The notes below the pieces were generated by a model. The model did not search any database, was not told the origin of the DNA, and saw only the letters and a list, made by a program, of their open reading frames with translations. A DNA stretch of 64,000 nt, from the NCBI GenBank assembly GCA_963770895.1, contig CAVYRF010000002.1, positions 2,912,001 through 2,976,000 on the forward strand. Reading direction: 5' to 3'. A program made the translations under genes and the position numbers. Of this stretch, positions 30,128 to 39,289 are shown one piece after another. How positions within the stretch are numbered: position 1 is the first letter of the stretch; every line of letters begins with the position of its first letter. This DNA is from an uncultured Acidobacteriota bacterium (GTDB lineage: Bacteria; Acidobacteriota; Thermoanaerobaculia; Multivoradales; UBA5704).

Positions 30128-31207
30128 ATGTTTTCCATCGTGTGCGTTGCACGCTTGCGTTCGTTTGTTCGCCGCCGCCGAACGCTGGCTACGGCCGGCG
30201 CGGCCGGCGCGGCAGGCCTGGCCCGCCTGGCCGTGGCGGCATGTGCCGCGGCGCTTCTGGCGGCGCCGGGCGCGGCCTGGGGCTGTGCCTGCGGCTGCGG
30301 CATCTTCGACGTCGGCGCCAGCACCTACATGGCGTCCGACTCCGACAGCGGCTGGTCGATTTCGCTGCAGTACAGCTACATGAACCAGAACCACAACGGC
30401 GAGGGTGCGTCGCGCGGTGCCGCGGCGGACAACCAGGACAAGGACCTCAAGAGCAGCTTTTACTTTCTCGGCGTGCAATACATGTTCAATCGCAGCTGGA
30501 GCATGATGCTGGAGCTGCCGGTCGTCAACCGGTCGCTCACCACGACGGACGACGGCACCGTGTTCGGGCCCGCCGGCAGCATCTATACCGGCCGCATCAC
30601 GGACCTGGGCGACCTGCAGATCATGGGCCTGTATTCGGGCCTTTCAGCCGACCTGTCGACGGTGTTGCTGTTCGGCGTGCAGCTGCCCACCGGCAACTAC
30701 ACCGGTCCCACCGGGCCGCTCGGCGGCCAGGAGATCGACCGCGATTCGCTGCCCGGATCGGGTGCCACCGAACCGCTCCTGGGCTTCTACCACGTCGGCG
30801 GCCTGAGCGCCGACAACAGCCTGGCCTGGTACGTACAGGGCCGCTACGAATTCGCCGTGGCCACGCGCAACGACTACCGTCCGGGCAACGAGTTTGACGG
30901 CGCGCTGGGGCTTACCTACAACTTTGGCAAGGTGGGACCCCTCACCAAGCTGGCGCCGGTGCTCAGCCTGCTGGGCAGCCAGCGGGCGCACGACAGCGGC
31001 CTGAATGCCGATCCGCCCAACTCCGGCTACGGCCGCCTGCTGATCGCGCCCGGCATCGACCTGCGCGTCAACAAGATCAGGATCTACGGCGACGTGGAGC
31101 TGCCGATCTATCAGAACGTCAACGCCGCCGACTTTGCGATCACCGGCAACTCAGGCCAGCTGGAAACCTCGGTGGCGTTCAAGCTCCAGGTTGCCTACGA
31201 TTTTTGA
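30128..31207 (+). CDS. Probable outer-membrane beta-barrel/transporter with N-terminal CACGC motif
   Basis: Signal peptide ending AWG-CACGCG, amphipathic strands, LGD...LPTG motif, C-terminal QVAYDF. Confidence 0.7.
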   Translation: MFSIVCVARLRSFVRRRRTLATAGAAGAAGLARLAVAACAAALLAAPGAAWGCACGCGIFDVGASTYMASDSDSGWSISLQYSYMNQNHNGEGASRGAAADNQDKDLKSSFYFLGVQYMFNRSWSMMLELPVVNRSLTTTDDGTVFGPAGSIYTGRITDLGDLQIMGLYSGLSADLSTVLLFGVQLPTGNYTGPTGPLGGQEIDRDSLPGSGATEPLLGFYHVGGLSADNSLAWYVQGRYEFAVATRNDYRPGNEFDGALGLTYNFGKVGPLTKLAPVLSLLGSQRAHDSGLNADPPNSGYGRLLIAPGIDLRVNKIRIYGDVELPIYQNVNAADFAITGNSGQLETSVAFKLQVAYDF

Positions 31208-31249
31208 ACGCATCCGGCCGCGCCGCGGATCACGACCTTGGAGAACCTC

Positions 31250-31780
31250 ATGCGTACACCTGTTCGCGTCTTCGTCGTCGCTGCCGCGATGGCGGCCGCC
31301 GCGTTGCTGACGGCGCCGGCATTCGGTCCCGTTGCAGCGCGGGCGGCTGCCGGCCCCCAGCCCCCCGAGCTTGTCGTGGCGACCGTGCATGGTGACACCT
31401 TCGATCTGGCGGCGCTGCGCGGCCGGGTGGTGCTGGTCAACTTCTGGGCCACATGGTGCGCGCCCTGCCGCCAGGAGATGCCGGCACTCGACGCCTTTTA
31501 CAAGAGCTATCACGCGCGGGGCGTCGAGCTGATCGGCGTCAGCGCCGACAAGAAGCGGGATGCCGCCGAGGTGCGCAAGGTGGCGGCGGGGGTCGGTTAC
31601 CCGGTGGCCATGGCCAGCGAAGCGACCAAGAACAGCTTCGGCGCGCCGAGCGCGCTCCCGGTCACCTACCTCATCGACCGCACCGGCGCCGTGCGCGCCG
31701 AGCTGCGGCCCAAGTCCGCGCCGCTCACCGCGGACGACCTGGCCGCAGCGGTTTCGCCGCTGCTGTCCGCAACCCCCTGA
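31250..31780 (+). CDS. TlpA-family thiol-disulfide reductase
   Basis: GRVVLVNFWATWCAPCRQEMP, LPVTYLIDR.G. Confidence 0.9.
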   Translation: MRTPVRVFVVAAAMAAAALLTAPAFGPVAARAAAGPQPPELVVATVHGDTFDLAALRGRVVLVNFWATWCAPCRQEMPALDAFYKSYHARGVELIGVSADKKRDAAEVRKVAAGVGYPVAMASEATKNSFGAPSALPVTYLIDRTGAVRAELRPKSAPLTADDLAAAVSPLLSATP

Positions 31781-31855
31781 CCCGCCGCGGCGCGCCGCCG
31801 CCGCGCGGCGGTGGATCGGGCGCGGCAACGGCGGGTGAGCTGGCGGCCGGGTCGG

Positions 31856-32722
31856 TCAGGTCAGGACGCGCTTTTCGAAAAAGCGCAGGCCGACCGCGAG
31901 CAGCGCGGCCAGGCCGGCGGTGAGCAGGCCGAAGACCGCGATCACCGGCATGTGCGGCACTTGCGGCGCCAGGGCCGCGCGCAGCCCTTCGCTCATGTAG
32001 ACGACGGGGTTGATCAGCACCAGCACCTGCAGGATGGGGATGGTGTGGAGCGCGACCCAGGGGTAGTAGACGCAACCCAGGAGGGTGAGCGGCACCAGCA
32101 GGAGGGCGAACAGGAAGTTGATGCGGCGGGGCGACACGATCGTGCCCAGGACCAGGCCCAGCGCGGCGCCGACCAGGGCGCCCAGGGGCAGGACGGTCGC
32201 GAACAGCAGGGGGTGGGACCAGTCGACGCTCGCCGCGAAGCCCGAGGCGACCCACACCGCCGGCAGCACCAGCAGGCCGGCAAACAGGGCCTGAATGGCG
32301 CCGCTGATCACCTTGCACAGGCCGACCACCCGCACCGGGACGGGGGCCATCACCCGGTCTTCGATCTCCTTGGTGCCGTAGAACTCGGTCACCAGCGGCA
32401 GCGCCACCGCGGTGAACCCCTGGAACATGAGGGTGTTCGCCATCAGGCCCGGCAGCAGCATGCTGGCAAAGGCGGCGGCGCCGTGGCCGCCGATGTCCTG
32501 GCCGACGCGCGGAAAGACATAGGCAAAGACGAAGGCGAACAGCGCGGGCTGGACGGAGGTGCGCAGCACGAAGGCGGCGCCGTCCTGAAACAGGACCCGC
32601 AGATCGCGCTCGATCAAGGCCAGCGCCGTGGCCAGGCCGGCGGTGAACGGCACCCCGGCGCGGGCGCTCGCCGGGTTGGATGGCGTGGCCGCGGGCGTGG
32701 CGGAGGCCAGGGAGGTGCTCAA
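31856..32722 (-). CDS. ABC-2 type exporter permease
   Basis: Six TM segments, LPGL, EIEDRVMAP, NPVVYMSEGLR. Confidence 0.87.
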   Translation of the reverse strand: MSTSLASATPAATPSNPASARAGVPFTAGLATALALIERDLRVLFQDGAAFVLRTSVQPALFAFVFAYVFPRVGQDIGGHGAAAFASMLLPGLMANTLMFQGFTAVALPLVTEFYGTKEIEDRVMAPVPVRVVGLCKVISGAIQALFAGLLVLPAVWVASGFAASVDWSHPLLFATVLPLGALVGAALGLVLGTIVSPRRINFLFALLLVPLTLLGCVYYPWVALHTIPILQVLVLINPVVYMSEGLRAALAPQVPHMPVIAVFGLLTAGLAALLAVGLRFFEKRVLT

Positions 32723-33798
32723 GCGCGGTACTCCTTTCCGGTGAGCTTCAGGAACACGGCTTCCAGGCTGGGTTGGGCGATCGAGAGGTCGCGCAGCTCG
32801 CCGCCGGCGCGGCCCACGGCGGCCACGACGCCGCCCACCAGCTGCGGATGCGCATGCGCCTGGACGCGGATGGTCATGCCCGTCGGGTCGGTTTCGGCGG
32901 CGATCACCCCCGCCAGCCCGGACAGCTCGCGGGCGACGCCGCCGCCCTGGTCGGCGGCGGCCAGGGTGACCTTGATCAGGCGCTCGGCCTGCACCGCGTC
33001 TTTCAATCCCTGCGCGGTGTCAAGCGCCAGCAGGTGGCCGCGGTCGACGATGGCGATGCGCGCGCAGAGCCGCTCGGCTTCTTCCATGTAGTGGGTGGTC
33101 AGGACGATGGTCTGGCCGCCGCGGTTGAGCGCTTCCAGGTCTTCCCACAGGCGCAGCCGCGTCTGCGGGTCGAGGCCGGCGGTGGGCTCGTCCAGGAAGA
33201 GCACTTCCGGCCGGTGCAGCAGGGCGCGCGCGATCAGCACCCGCTGCGCCAGGCCGCCGGACAGCTGCGCCACCGGCACGCGCGCCTTGTCCGCCAGCAT
33301 GAACCGCTCCAGCAGCTCGCCCGCGCGGCGCCGGCACTCGGCGCGCGGCAGCCGGAAGTAGCGTCCGTGGAAGTACAGGTTGTCGAAGACCGAGAGGCTC
33401 CGGTCGAGCGTGTTGGTTTGCGTCACCGCGGCCAGCTTTTCGCGCGCCAGCGCGGGCTGCGCCACCACGTCGATCCCCGCCACGCTGGCCCGCCCCGAAG
33501 TCGGGATGACGCGCGTCGTGAGCATGCCGATCGTGGTCGTCTTGCCGGCCCCATTGGGACCCAGCAGGCCAAAGAACTCGCCCGCCTGCACGGTGAGGTC
33601 GAGCCGGTCCACCGCCAGCACCCCGCCGCGCGCCGCACCGGGCATCGAGCGGTCGCCGTTGCCAGGACTGCCGGCGCCGGGACTGCTGGTGGCCGGCGCC
33701 GCGGCGGCCTGCGGTGCGCGTTGCGGCGGCGCGCCATTGCCGGCGGGAGCGCCATACCGTTTGGTCAGTTGTGCGCAGACGATAGCTGGGTCCGACAT
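32719..33798 (-). CDS. ABC exporter ATP-binding protein (DrrA/NodI-like)
   Basis: GPNGAGKTT, LSGGLAQR, FLDEPTAGLDP, TTHYMEEAE; start at ATG 33798. Confidence 0.9.
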   Translation of the reverse strand: MSDPAIVCAQLTKRYGAPAGNGAPPQRAPQAAAAPATSSPGAGSPGNGDRSMPGAARGGVLAVDRLDLTVQAGEFFGLLGPNGAGKTTTIGMLTTRVIPTSGRASVAGIDVVAQPALAREKLAAVTQTNTLDRSLSVFDNLYFHGRYFRLPRAECRRRAGELLERFMLADKARVPVAQLSGGLAQRVLIARALLHRPEVLFLDEPTAGLDPQTRLRLWEDLEALNRGGQTIVLTTHYMEEAERLCARIAIVDRGHLLALDTAQGLKDAVQAERLIKVTLAAADQGGGVARELSGLAGVIAAETDPTGMTIRVQAHAHPQLVGGVVAAVGRAGGELRDLSIAQPSLEAVFLKLTGKEYRA

Positions 33799-33952
33799 GG
33801 TCCTCCTGATGACGTCCGGTAGCAGCGGCGCGGCGCGCCGGGGCTGGGCGCGAGCGGCGAGCGGCGAGCGCGGGACGAAGCTTACACGCGCGGGGCGGTC
33901 TGTGGGCGGCGCCCCTGCGTGCTCCTGGACCGCCAGGCTGTATGCTTCAAGC

Positions 33953-34333
33953 ATGGACATGCAACTGTTTCGCACCGACCGTTCGCTGGCGCAGCCGACG
34001 GATACGCCGCAGTACTTCGAAGGGCAGGTCTCGATGCAGGGATTAGTGGTCGGCGAAAGCTCGCAGGAGCTCGACATCCGCGCCGTGTACTTCGAGGACG
34101 GAGCCCGCACCATCCCGCATACGCATTCGACCGACCAGGTGCTGTACGTGGTGTCGGGTACCTGCGTCGTGGCCGACGAATCGGGCCGCCGCCAGGCGGG
34201 GCCGGGCGAATACGTGCTGCTGCCGGCCAACCGGTGGCATTGGCACGGCGCGGCGCCAGGCCAATCCATGTGCCACGTCTCCATCCGCCAGCCCGGCCCG
34301 ACCGACTGGACCGTCGAGCGGCGCGACTGGTAG
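33953..34333 (+). CDS. Cupin domain protein
   Basis: GART.PHTHS.DQ.L.V.SG...HWHGA...MCH; TATGCT 6 nt before ATG. Confidence 0.85.
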   Translation: MDMQLFRTDRSLAQPTDTPQYFEGQVSMQGLVVGESSQELDIRAVYFEDGARTIPHTHSTDQVLYVVSGTCVVADESGRRQAGPGEYVLLPANRWHWHGAAPGQSMCHVSIRQPGPTDWTVERRDW

Positions 34334-34579
34334 CGGCCGAGCCCGGATCGGCCACTCGCGCGGCGACCGATGGTCGCTTCATGATGGGCTGCTCCCCGGC
34401 GCCGGCGGGACGAGCGCATTGGTCTTATACCGCGACTCGCCTTTGAGTCTGAGCTGGTAGGCGTTGTGGACCAATCGAGAGAATTCTGCCGATGACGACG
34501 ACACCCACTCCTGACACCCGCAGGCTCCTGCTCAGCGACTGGCCGGCCGTCGCCGATCAACCCTGGCAAGCAGGGGCCT

Positions 34580-35001
34580 CGCGGGACCGCCGGCACGGCT
34601 ACCGTGCCGGCGACGCCGCGCTGGCCGAGGTCAGCCGCCGCCTGCGCGCCGGCGTGCGCGCCCGCGACGCCGGCGGCCGCTACGGCGGCGAAGAGTTCCT
34701 CATCGTCCTCGCCGCCTGCGACGAAGCCCACGCGGCCGCATCGCCGAAGACCTGCGCGCCCGAGTGGCCGCCGAACCGGTGACCGCGGCCCACCTCCAAC
34801 TGGCCGTGACCCTCAGCTTCGGCGTCGCCGCAACCTCGGTTGCCGCGGGGCCCGCCGCACTACCCCACCGCCCCCGCCAGCACCGCCACCTTGATCGCCG
34901 CCGCCGATCAGGCGCACTACCGCGCCAAAGCCGCCGGCCGCGACCGCATCGAGCTGGCCTCCGGCCGCCCCCTCGCAATGCCGGCGCCGCCCCAACGCTG
35001 A
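34580..35001 (+). pseudogene. Frameshifted GGDEF diguanylate cyclase remnant
   Basis: DRRHGYRAGDAAL...GRYGGEEF, then VTLSFGVA and LIAAADQAHYRAKAAGRDR in other frames; N-terminal part missing. Confidence 0.8.
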
Positions 35002-35094
35002 GACCCAACCGGCCCGCAACCGCCTCCTGCTCAGGACAGTGTCGGAGCGAGGCCGCCTCGGCATACAGCGCGCCGAGGGCGGCCGGGCTGCCGG

Positions 35095-35331
35095 TCACTC
35101 GCAGGCGTCGAGGCACTCTATATAGACTGCGAGGCAGGTCTTACTGCACGCGGCCTGTTGCCCAGCCGGGAGCGTCTTGCAGTTCGCCTGGCACGCCACG
35201 TCGTTGGGCGCGCACTCCTTGGTATTGCAACTTACGGCGGCATGTGCCTTCTGGCCGGTCATCAAAAGGGTGGTGCCCACCGTCAGGAGCACGAAGGCGA
35301 GCTTGAGGGTGGCGGCTGACAGTCGTCTCAT
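35095..35331 (-). CDS. Small secreted 8-cysteine protein
   Basis: RBS AAGGAAG; signal peptide ending AHA; mature part has C-x4-C followed by three C-x3-C pairs. Confidence 0.7.
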   Translation of the reverse strand: MRRLSAATLKLAFVLLTVGTTLLMTGQKAHAAVSCNTKECAPNDVACQANCKTLPAGQQAACSKTCLAVYIECLDACE

Positions 35332-35539
35332 GGATTCTTCCTTTCAAGAATGAGGCCCAGAAGTTAGGTGCCGGGAGTCACCGTACCCGCGACGAGGCAT
35401 GGGCGGACCGGCGGACCGCCTGAAGATTTCGCGGTCCCGGTCGGAGAGGGACCGCGGCGCCGGCTCCGGGCCTGCCTGAGAAGGGTGATGCCTCGGACTG
35501 GATCGCGGCCCGGGAGGGCGAGGGGTGCACCGCCGGCGA

Positions 35540-36255
35540 GATGCGGCGCGAGCTCGCCGCCGGGAAGTGGGTGCGGCTCACCCCTACATGGCGAACCGGC
35601 TGCTGTCCCTGGCCTCGAAAGTCTGGTCGCTGGCGCAGCGCTGGCAGTGGTTCCCGCACGACCGCAGCAACCTGCTGCTCGCCACGATCGGTATGCGGAA
35701 CCCGCACGGGGGCGCGGTCTCAGCCGCGAAGAGCTGGGCCGCATCGGCGCTGCGCTCGAACAGGAAGACGACGCGGCAGCCGTGGCGGCCTTCAAGTTCT
35801 GCCTGTTGACCGGTGCGCGACCGGCGGAGGTGGTCGCCGCGCGGTGGGAGCAAATCGATGTGGTGGACCGCACCTGGAGGCTCAAGGCCGCGAAGACCGG
35901 CCCGCGCGTGGTGATCCTGGGAGCGGTGGCGGCAGAAGTGCTCGCGGCGCTGCCCGAGCGGCCCGTGGGTGTTCGTGCGCCCGGCGGCCAGCGCCAACCA
36001 CATCCCTAGCCTGCGTCCTCTTTGGGAGGCCGTCACGGCCCGCGCCGAGGTTCCTGCCGGTGTCCGGCTGTAGACGCCACGCGGCATGCCTTCGGCACGG
36101 CGGCGGCCGAGCTGGGCGTAGACCGCGAAGTCCGCAAGCTTCTGATGGGGCACGCGCCCGGGACGGATGCCCACGACCGCTACACCCATCGGAGCCAATC
36201 CCTGGTCGCGGCGGCCGACCTCGTGAGCGGATGGCTACGCGCGGCGCTTGACCGA
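35540..36255 (+). pseudogene. Tyrosine recombinase/integrase pseudogene
   Basis: Pieces in different frames: PYMANRLLSL, LSREEL.RI...LLTGARPAEV...W..ID...KTGPR, TRHAFGT...LMGH...DRYTH. Confidence 0.85.
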
Positions 36256-36406
36256 GCTGCGCTATATCGAAGGCTTCCTGGACTCGGTACGCCGCTCGGC
36301 CGATGACTCGGACCTGCCGCCGGAGGAGGAAGACCTGGCCATCTTCGCCGGCCGCTTGGCCCGCCAGGTCGGCGCCATCGTTGAGGCGATCGAGGTCCGG
36401 CTGTGA
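36248..36406 (+). CDS. Small hypothetical protein (52 aa)
   Basis: TTG start; MTELRYIEGFLDSVRRSADDSDLPPEEEDLAIFAGRLARQVGAIVEAIEVRL*; GTGA overlap with next ORF. Confidence 0.5.
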   Translation: MTELRYIEGFLDSVRRSADDSDLPPEEEDLAIFAGRLARQVGAIVEAIEVRL

Positions 36407-36711
36407 TCGCGCCCGTTCGCCAGCGCGAGGTCGAGAAGGCGCGCATCACCTTGGTTCGCCTTGTCGGGCTCAAGGGAATCACCCGAAAGGAGATCCAGCG
36501 GCGTCTCCAGGAGCAGGGCCACCGCATCGACGCCACCCGTGTCCTGCGCGGCGAGCTGGACCTGAAGCTGTGGCAACTTGTTGCCATCCTGGAGGTGTTG
36601 GAGATGGCGCCCTTGGAGTTCTTCAAGCTCACCTTTCGAGAGCCCAAGGAGCACAGCCCGTTCCGCCTGCAGCTCGAAGCCATGATGGCCCCCTTCCACG
36701 GGCAGCAGTGA
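36403..36711 (+). CDS. XRE-like helix-turn-helix protein
   Basis: GITRKEIQRRL...TRVLRGELDLKLWQLVAILEVLEM.P.EFF; overlaps neighbours at both ends. Confidence 0.6.
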   Translation: MIAPVRQREVEKARITLVRLVGLKGITRKEIQRRLQEQGHRIDATRVLRGELDLKLWQLVAILEVLEMAPLEFFKLTFREPKEHSPFRLQLEAMMAPFHGQQ

Positions 36712-36998
36712 AGCCCCGCCGCCTCAAGGTCACCACGTTCACCGTCCGGGCCAGTCAGGAGCAGGCCCGGCGGTGGGCGCGGGTGGCGCGCCACCTCGGA
36801 TGCCGTTCCGTCTCGGCCTGGTCGGAAGCGATGGCAGAGGAACAGGCGCGGAGAGTGGACAGGATAATGCTAAATAGGCACCGCGGACTCGGCGGCAAGC
36901 CGCCGCGGTGGACTGGCTGCGCCTCGGCTGGCCAGGTCCTTGACAACTGGCAGGATGCGACAACATCATCGGCGTATGTTGAAGACTGTGACGCTTGA
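36708..36998 (+). CDS. Small hypothetical protein, ribbon-helix-helix-like N-terminus
   Basis: GTGA-coupled; TTFTVRASQEQARRWARVARHLGCRSVSAW. Confidence 0.4.
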   Translation: MKPRRLKVTTFTVRASQEQARRWARVARHLGCRSVSAWSEAMAEEQARRVDRIMLNRHRGLGGKPPRWTGCASAGQVLDNWQDATTSSAYVEDCDA

Positions 36999-37236
36999 CC
37001 CGGATGTCGCCGAGCGAATCGAGCAGGAGGTCCGTCGGGCGGGCAAGCCGGCTCAGGCTGTGGTCAACGACGCTTTACGCATCCGCCTCGGACTGAAGGG
37101 GGATAGGAACGTCCAAGAACCGTTCCACGTCGAGCCCCACAACTTCAGGTTCACAGCCGGGCTCGACCTCAACAAGATGAACCATCTGGCAGACGACTTG
37201 GAGGCTGCGGCAGCCGCGCAGAAGGTCAGGGAGTGA
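36976..37236 (+). CDS. VapB-like RHH antitoxin
   Basis: KTVTLDPDVA..I......K...VVNDALR..L; TTGACA at 36940; overlaps PIN gene. Confidence 0.78.
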   Translation: MLKTVTLDPDVAERIEQEVRRAGKPAQAVVNDALRIRLGLKGDRNVQEPFHVEPHNFRFTAGLDLNKMNHLADDLEAAAAAQKVRE

Positions 37237-37643
37237 TCCTCCCCGATATCAATCTTCTGCTCCACGCCTACAACTCCGATTCCCCCGTGCATGGCGCTGC
37301 ACGCCGATGGTGGGAAGATCGGCTGACGGAAGGCTCTCCCGTCCATCTGCCCTGGGTGGTCCTTCTAGGGTTTCTGCGCCTGGTAACTCACCGCCAGATT
37401 GCCGCGAACCCTCTTCCAGTCTCCGCGGCATGCGAGATTGTCGAGTCGTGGCTTACCAGATCACAAGTTTCTGTGCTTCACCCCGGCGATCGGCATCCTG
37501 CGATCCTCTTCGGCTTTCTCCGGTCCACTGGAGCGGGGGGCAACATGATGCCGCTCAGGCTGGCAGATATGCCCCGTGGCCCGACCTTGAAGCAGGGCGC
37601 GTGGCAATCCTGCCTCCGATGCCAGTTGGCGGCGCCGCCCTGA
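37233..37643 (+). pseudogene. vapC: VapC PIN-domain toxin, C-terminally disrupted
   Basis: MILPDINLLLHAYN.DSP.H..A..WW, FLRLVT, GAGGN; expected C-terminal acidic motifs (D..LAA.A.E, D.DF) are absent after ~37545. Confidence 0.75.
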
Positions 37644-38104
37644 CCGTCTCGCACCGCGATGACGGAGCCGCAAAGCGCTTCGTCCCGTGTCTCCACGAGC
37701 AGCAACGTGCGCGGTTGAGCATGTCCCTCTCGTGAAGTTCAGCAGAGTGCACCAGGATGTGCCCGCAGCATCGCTTCAGGGACCCAAAATGTAGTCACAT
37801 TGCCAGCAGTTCTTGCGGCTGCGGAGTCGCTTGGAGTCCGCGCATTTTATGGCTGGCGCGCATCCCCGCCGCATTGACGATTCCGGCGCCAGTTGTGGCT
37901 GCATTTAGGCTCCAGGAATCGGCACGGTTGAAGAGCGTTCCGAGTCCCCATTTTCCCTCGGCTGACATGGTGAGGGTTCGGAGCAAGAGATAGGGATGTT
38001 CGCTTCGCTAACATCCCAGGCATTCTCGCCTCCGGCTCAAATGCACGACCGCGACCCCTCCAACTCACATCCTGTGAAGGCGCGCCTCTCCGGCGCCGGG
38101 CACA

Positions 38105-38605
38105 TCACCGATCGAGGTCAAAGAACACCTTTTGCATTGCCAGGAACTCAGCGAAAACCTGATGCAAGACCCCGATGAGATCGGGTGCCATGATGACGCC
38201 GCTGTTCGCGAGTTTGACGAGCTGATTCAGGTTGTTGCCTACCCGATTGAGGGCCGCGAGCGCCAACCGCGTGGCAGGAATTCGAGCGATCGGTTTGACG
38301 CCAAGCACCAACTTGCGAATGAACGCCGTCGGCGTGAGCCCACAAGCTCTGGAGTGGGCGCGAAGCGCCTCCATTTGCATCTCGGTGAAGCGGGTACCGG
38401 CAGTACGAGTGAGCTTTACCGCAGGGCCTGTGACAGCGGGAGGAGGAGCCCACGCTGCCGGCTCCGGCTGGCTTTCCAGACTGCGGAGCACCTGGTGGCG
38501 CACCCACGCAGTAGGTGTCATTTCGAGAGACTCTGCCGCGGTAGCAATGCGGACGAATTCCCCAACAGAGAATCTGACGCCCAGAAGCTTGATCCTTGCC
38601 GCCAT
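38105..38605 (-). CDS. mobC: MobC-like relaxosome accessory protein (duplicated RHH)
   Basis: Two VRFS/TRFT..E....A...G(L/M)TPTA(F/W)(I/V)R units and LNRVGNNLNQLVKLAN. Confidence 0.8.
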   Translation of the reverse strand: MAARIKLLGVRFSVGEFVRIATAAESLEMTPTAWVRHQVLRSLESQPEPAAWAPPPAVTGPAVKLTRTAGTRFTEMQMEALRAHSRACGLTPTAFIRKLVLGVKPIARIPATRLALAALNRVGNNLNQLVKLANSGVIMAPDLIGVLHQVFAEFLAMQKVFFDLDR

Positions 38606-39088
38606 CCCCGTTTTCTCTTACGGGCCGGAGAGGAGCATAGTGGTACTGGCAACCTAAAGAAAGGCTGTAATTCCCTGCATTGATGGTATTGCAAGGCTTG
38701 CCATTCCGGGCCACCAGCGCGAACGAACCGCCGCACCCTACTGCATGCGCAAGGCACTCGACAGGAGCCGGCGACCTTCCAACAACCACTCCAGCCTACG
38801 CCAGTGCCCTCGTGGGCGAATTTCGTTAAGAGCCCGGAGAGGACATAGAAAAGGCAGCTATATGCAGCCAGCGACGGCCAGCGACAAATAGATCACTTGC
38901 CGCCTTTTGCCAATGACTCAAAGCTGATTTGACATTCAATGAGTGGTCGGTAGAGTTGTGGCGTATCGCTGCCGGGTGTGCCAGCGTCGTTGCGCAAGGT
39001 CAGGCGAGCGCGAACGCCGCTGATGCGGTCTTCCTCGAAGGCTCGGGCACCCAGGACCGGCGCGATCGTCTCGACTCCGAGGTGCACA

Positions 39089-39289
39089 ATGTCCGACTTG
39101 CTCAACACCCGACAGGCTGCCGAACGTTGCAACCTTTCCGCACGCACCCTGGAGAAGTACCGCGTCGTGGGCGGTGGGCCGCACTTCATCCGCCTGGGAA
39201 GGGCGGTCCGCTACCAGCTCGCAGACCTCGACCATTGGATTGCAGCGGGCCGTCGGCGGACCACCTCGGATAAGCCAATTGGACATTGA
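39089..39289 (+). CDS. Excisionase/AlpA-like HTH protein
   Basis: LLNTRQAAERCNLSARTLEKYRVVGGGPHFIRLGRAVRY...DLD.W; RBS GAGGTG. Confidence 0.88.
   Translation: MSDLLNTRQAAERCNLSARTLEKYRVVGGGPHFIRLGRAVRYQLADLDHWIAAGRRRTTSDKPIGH

Noticed and set aside
31856-33798. ABC-2 exporter as lanthipeptide immunity (LanFEG)
   Set aside because: Generic DrrAB-like pair far from both precursor and LanC; nothing in the sequence links it.
34334-35400. Second tRNA-Thr direct repeat marking the left island end
   Set aside because: No copy of TGGAGCCGAC or the T-arm sequence found by eye, so the left boundary remains undefined.
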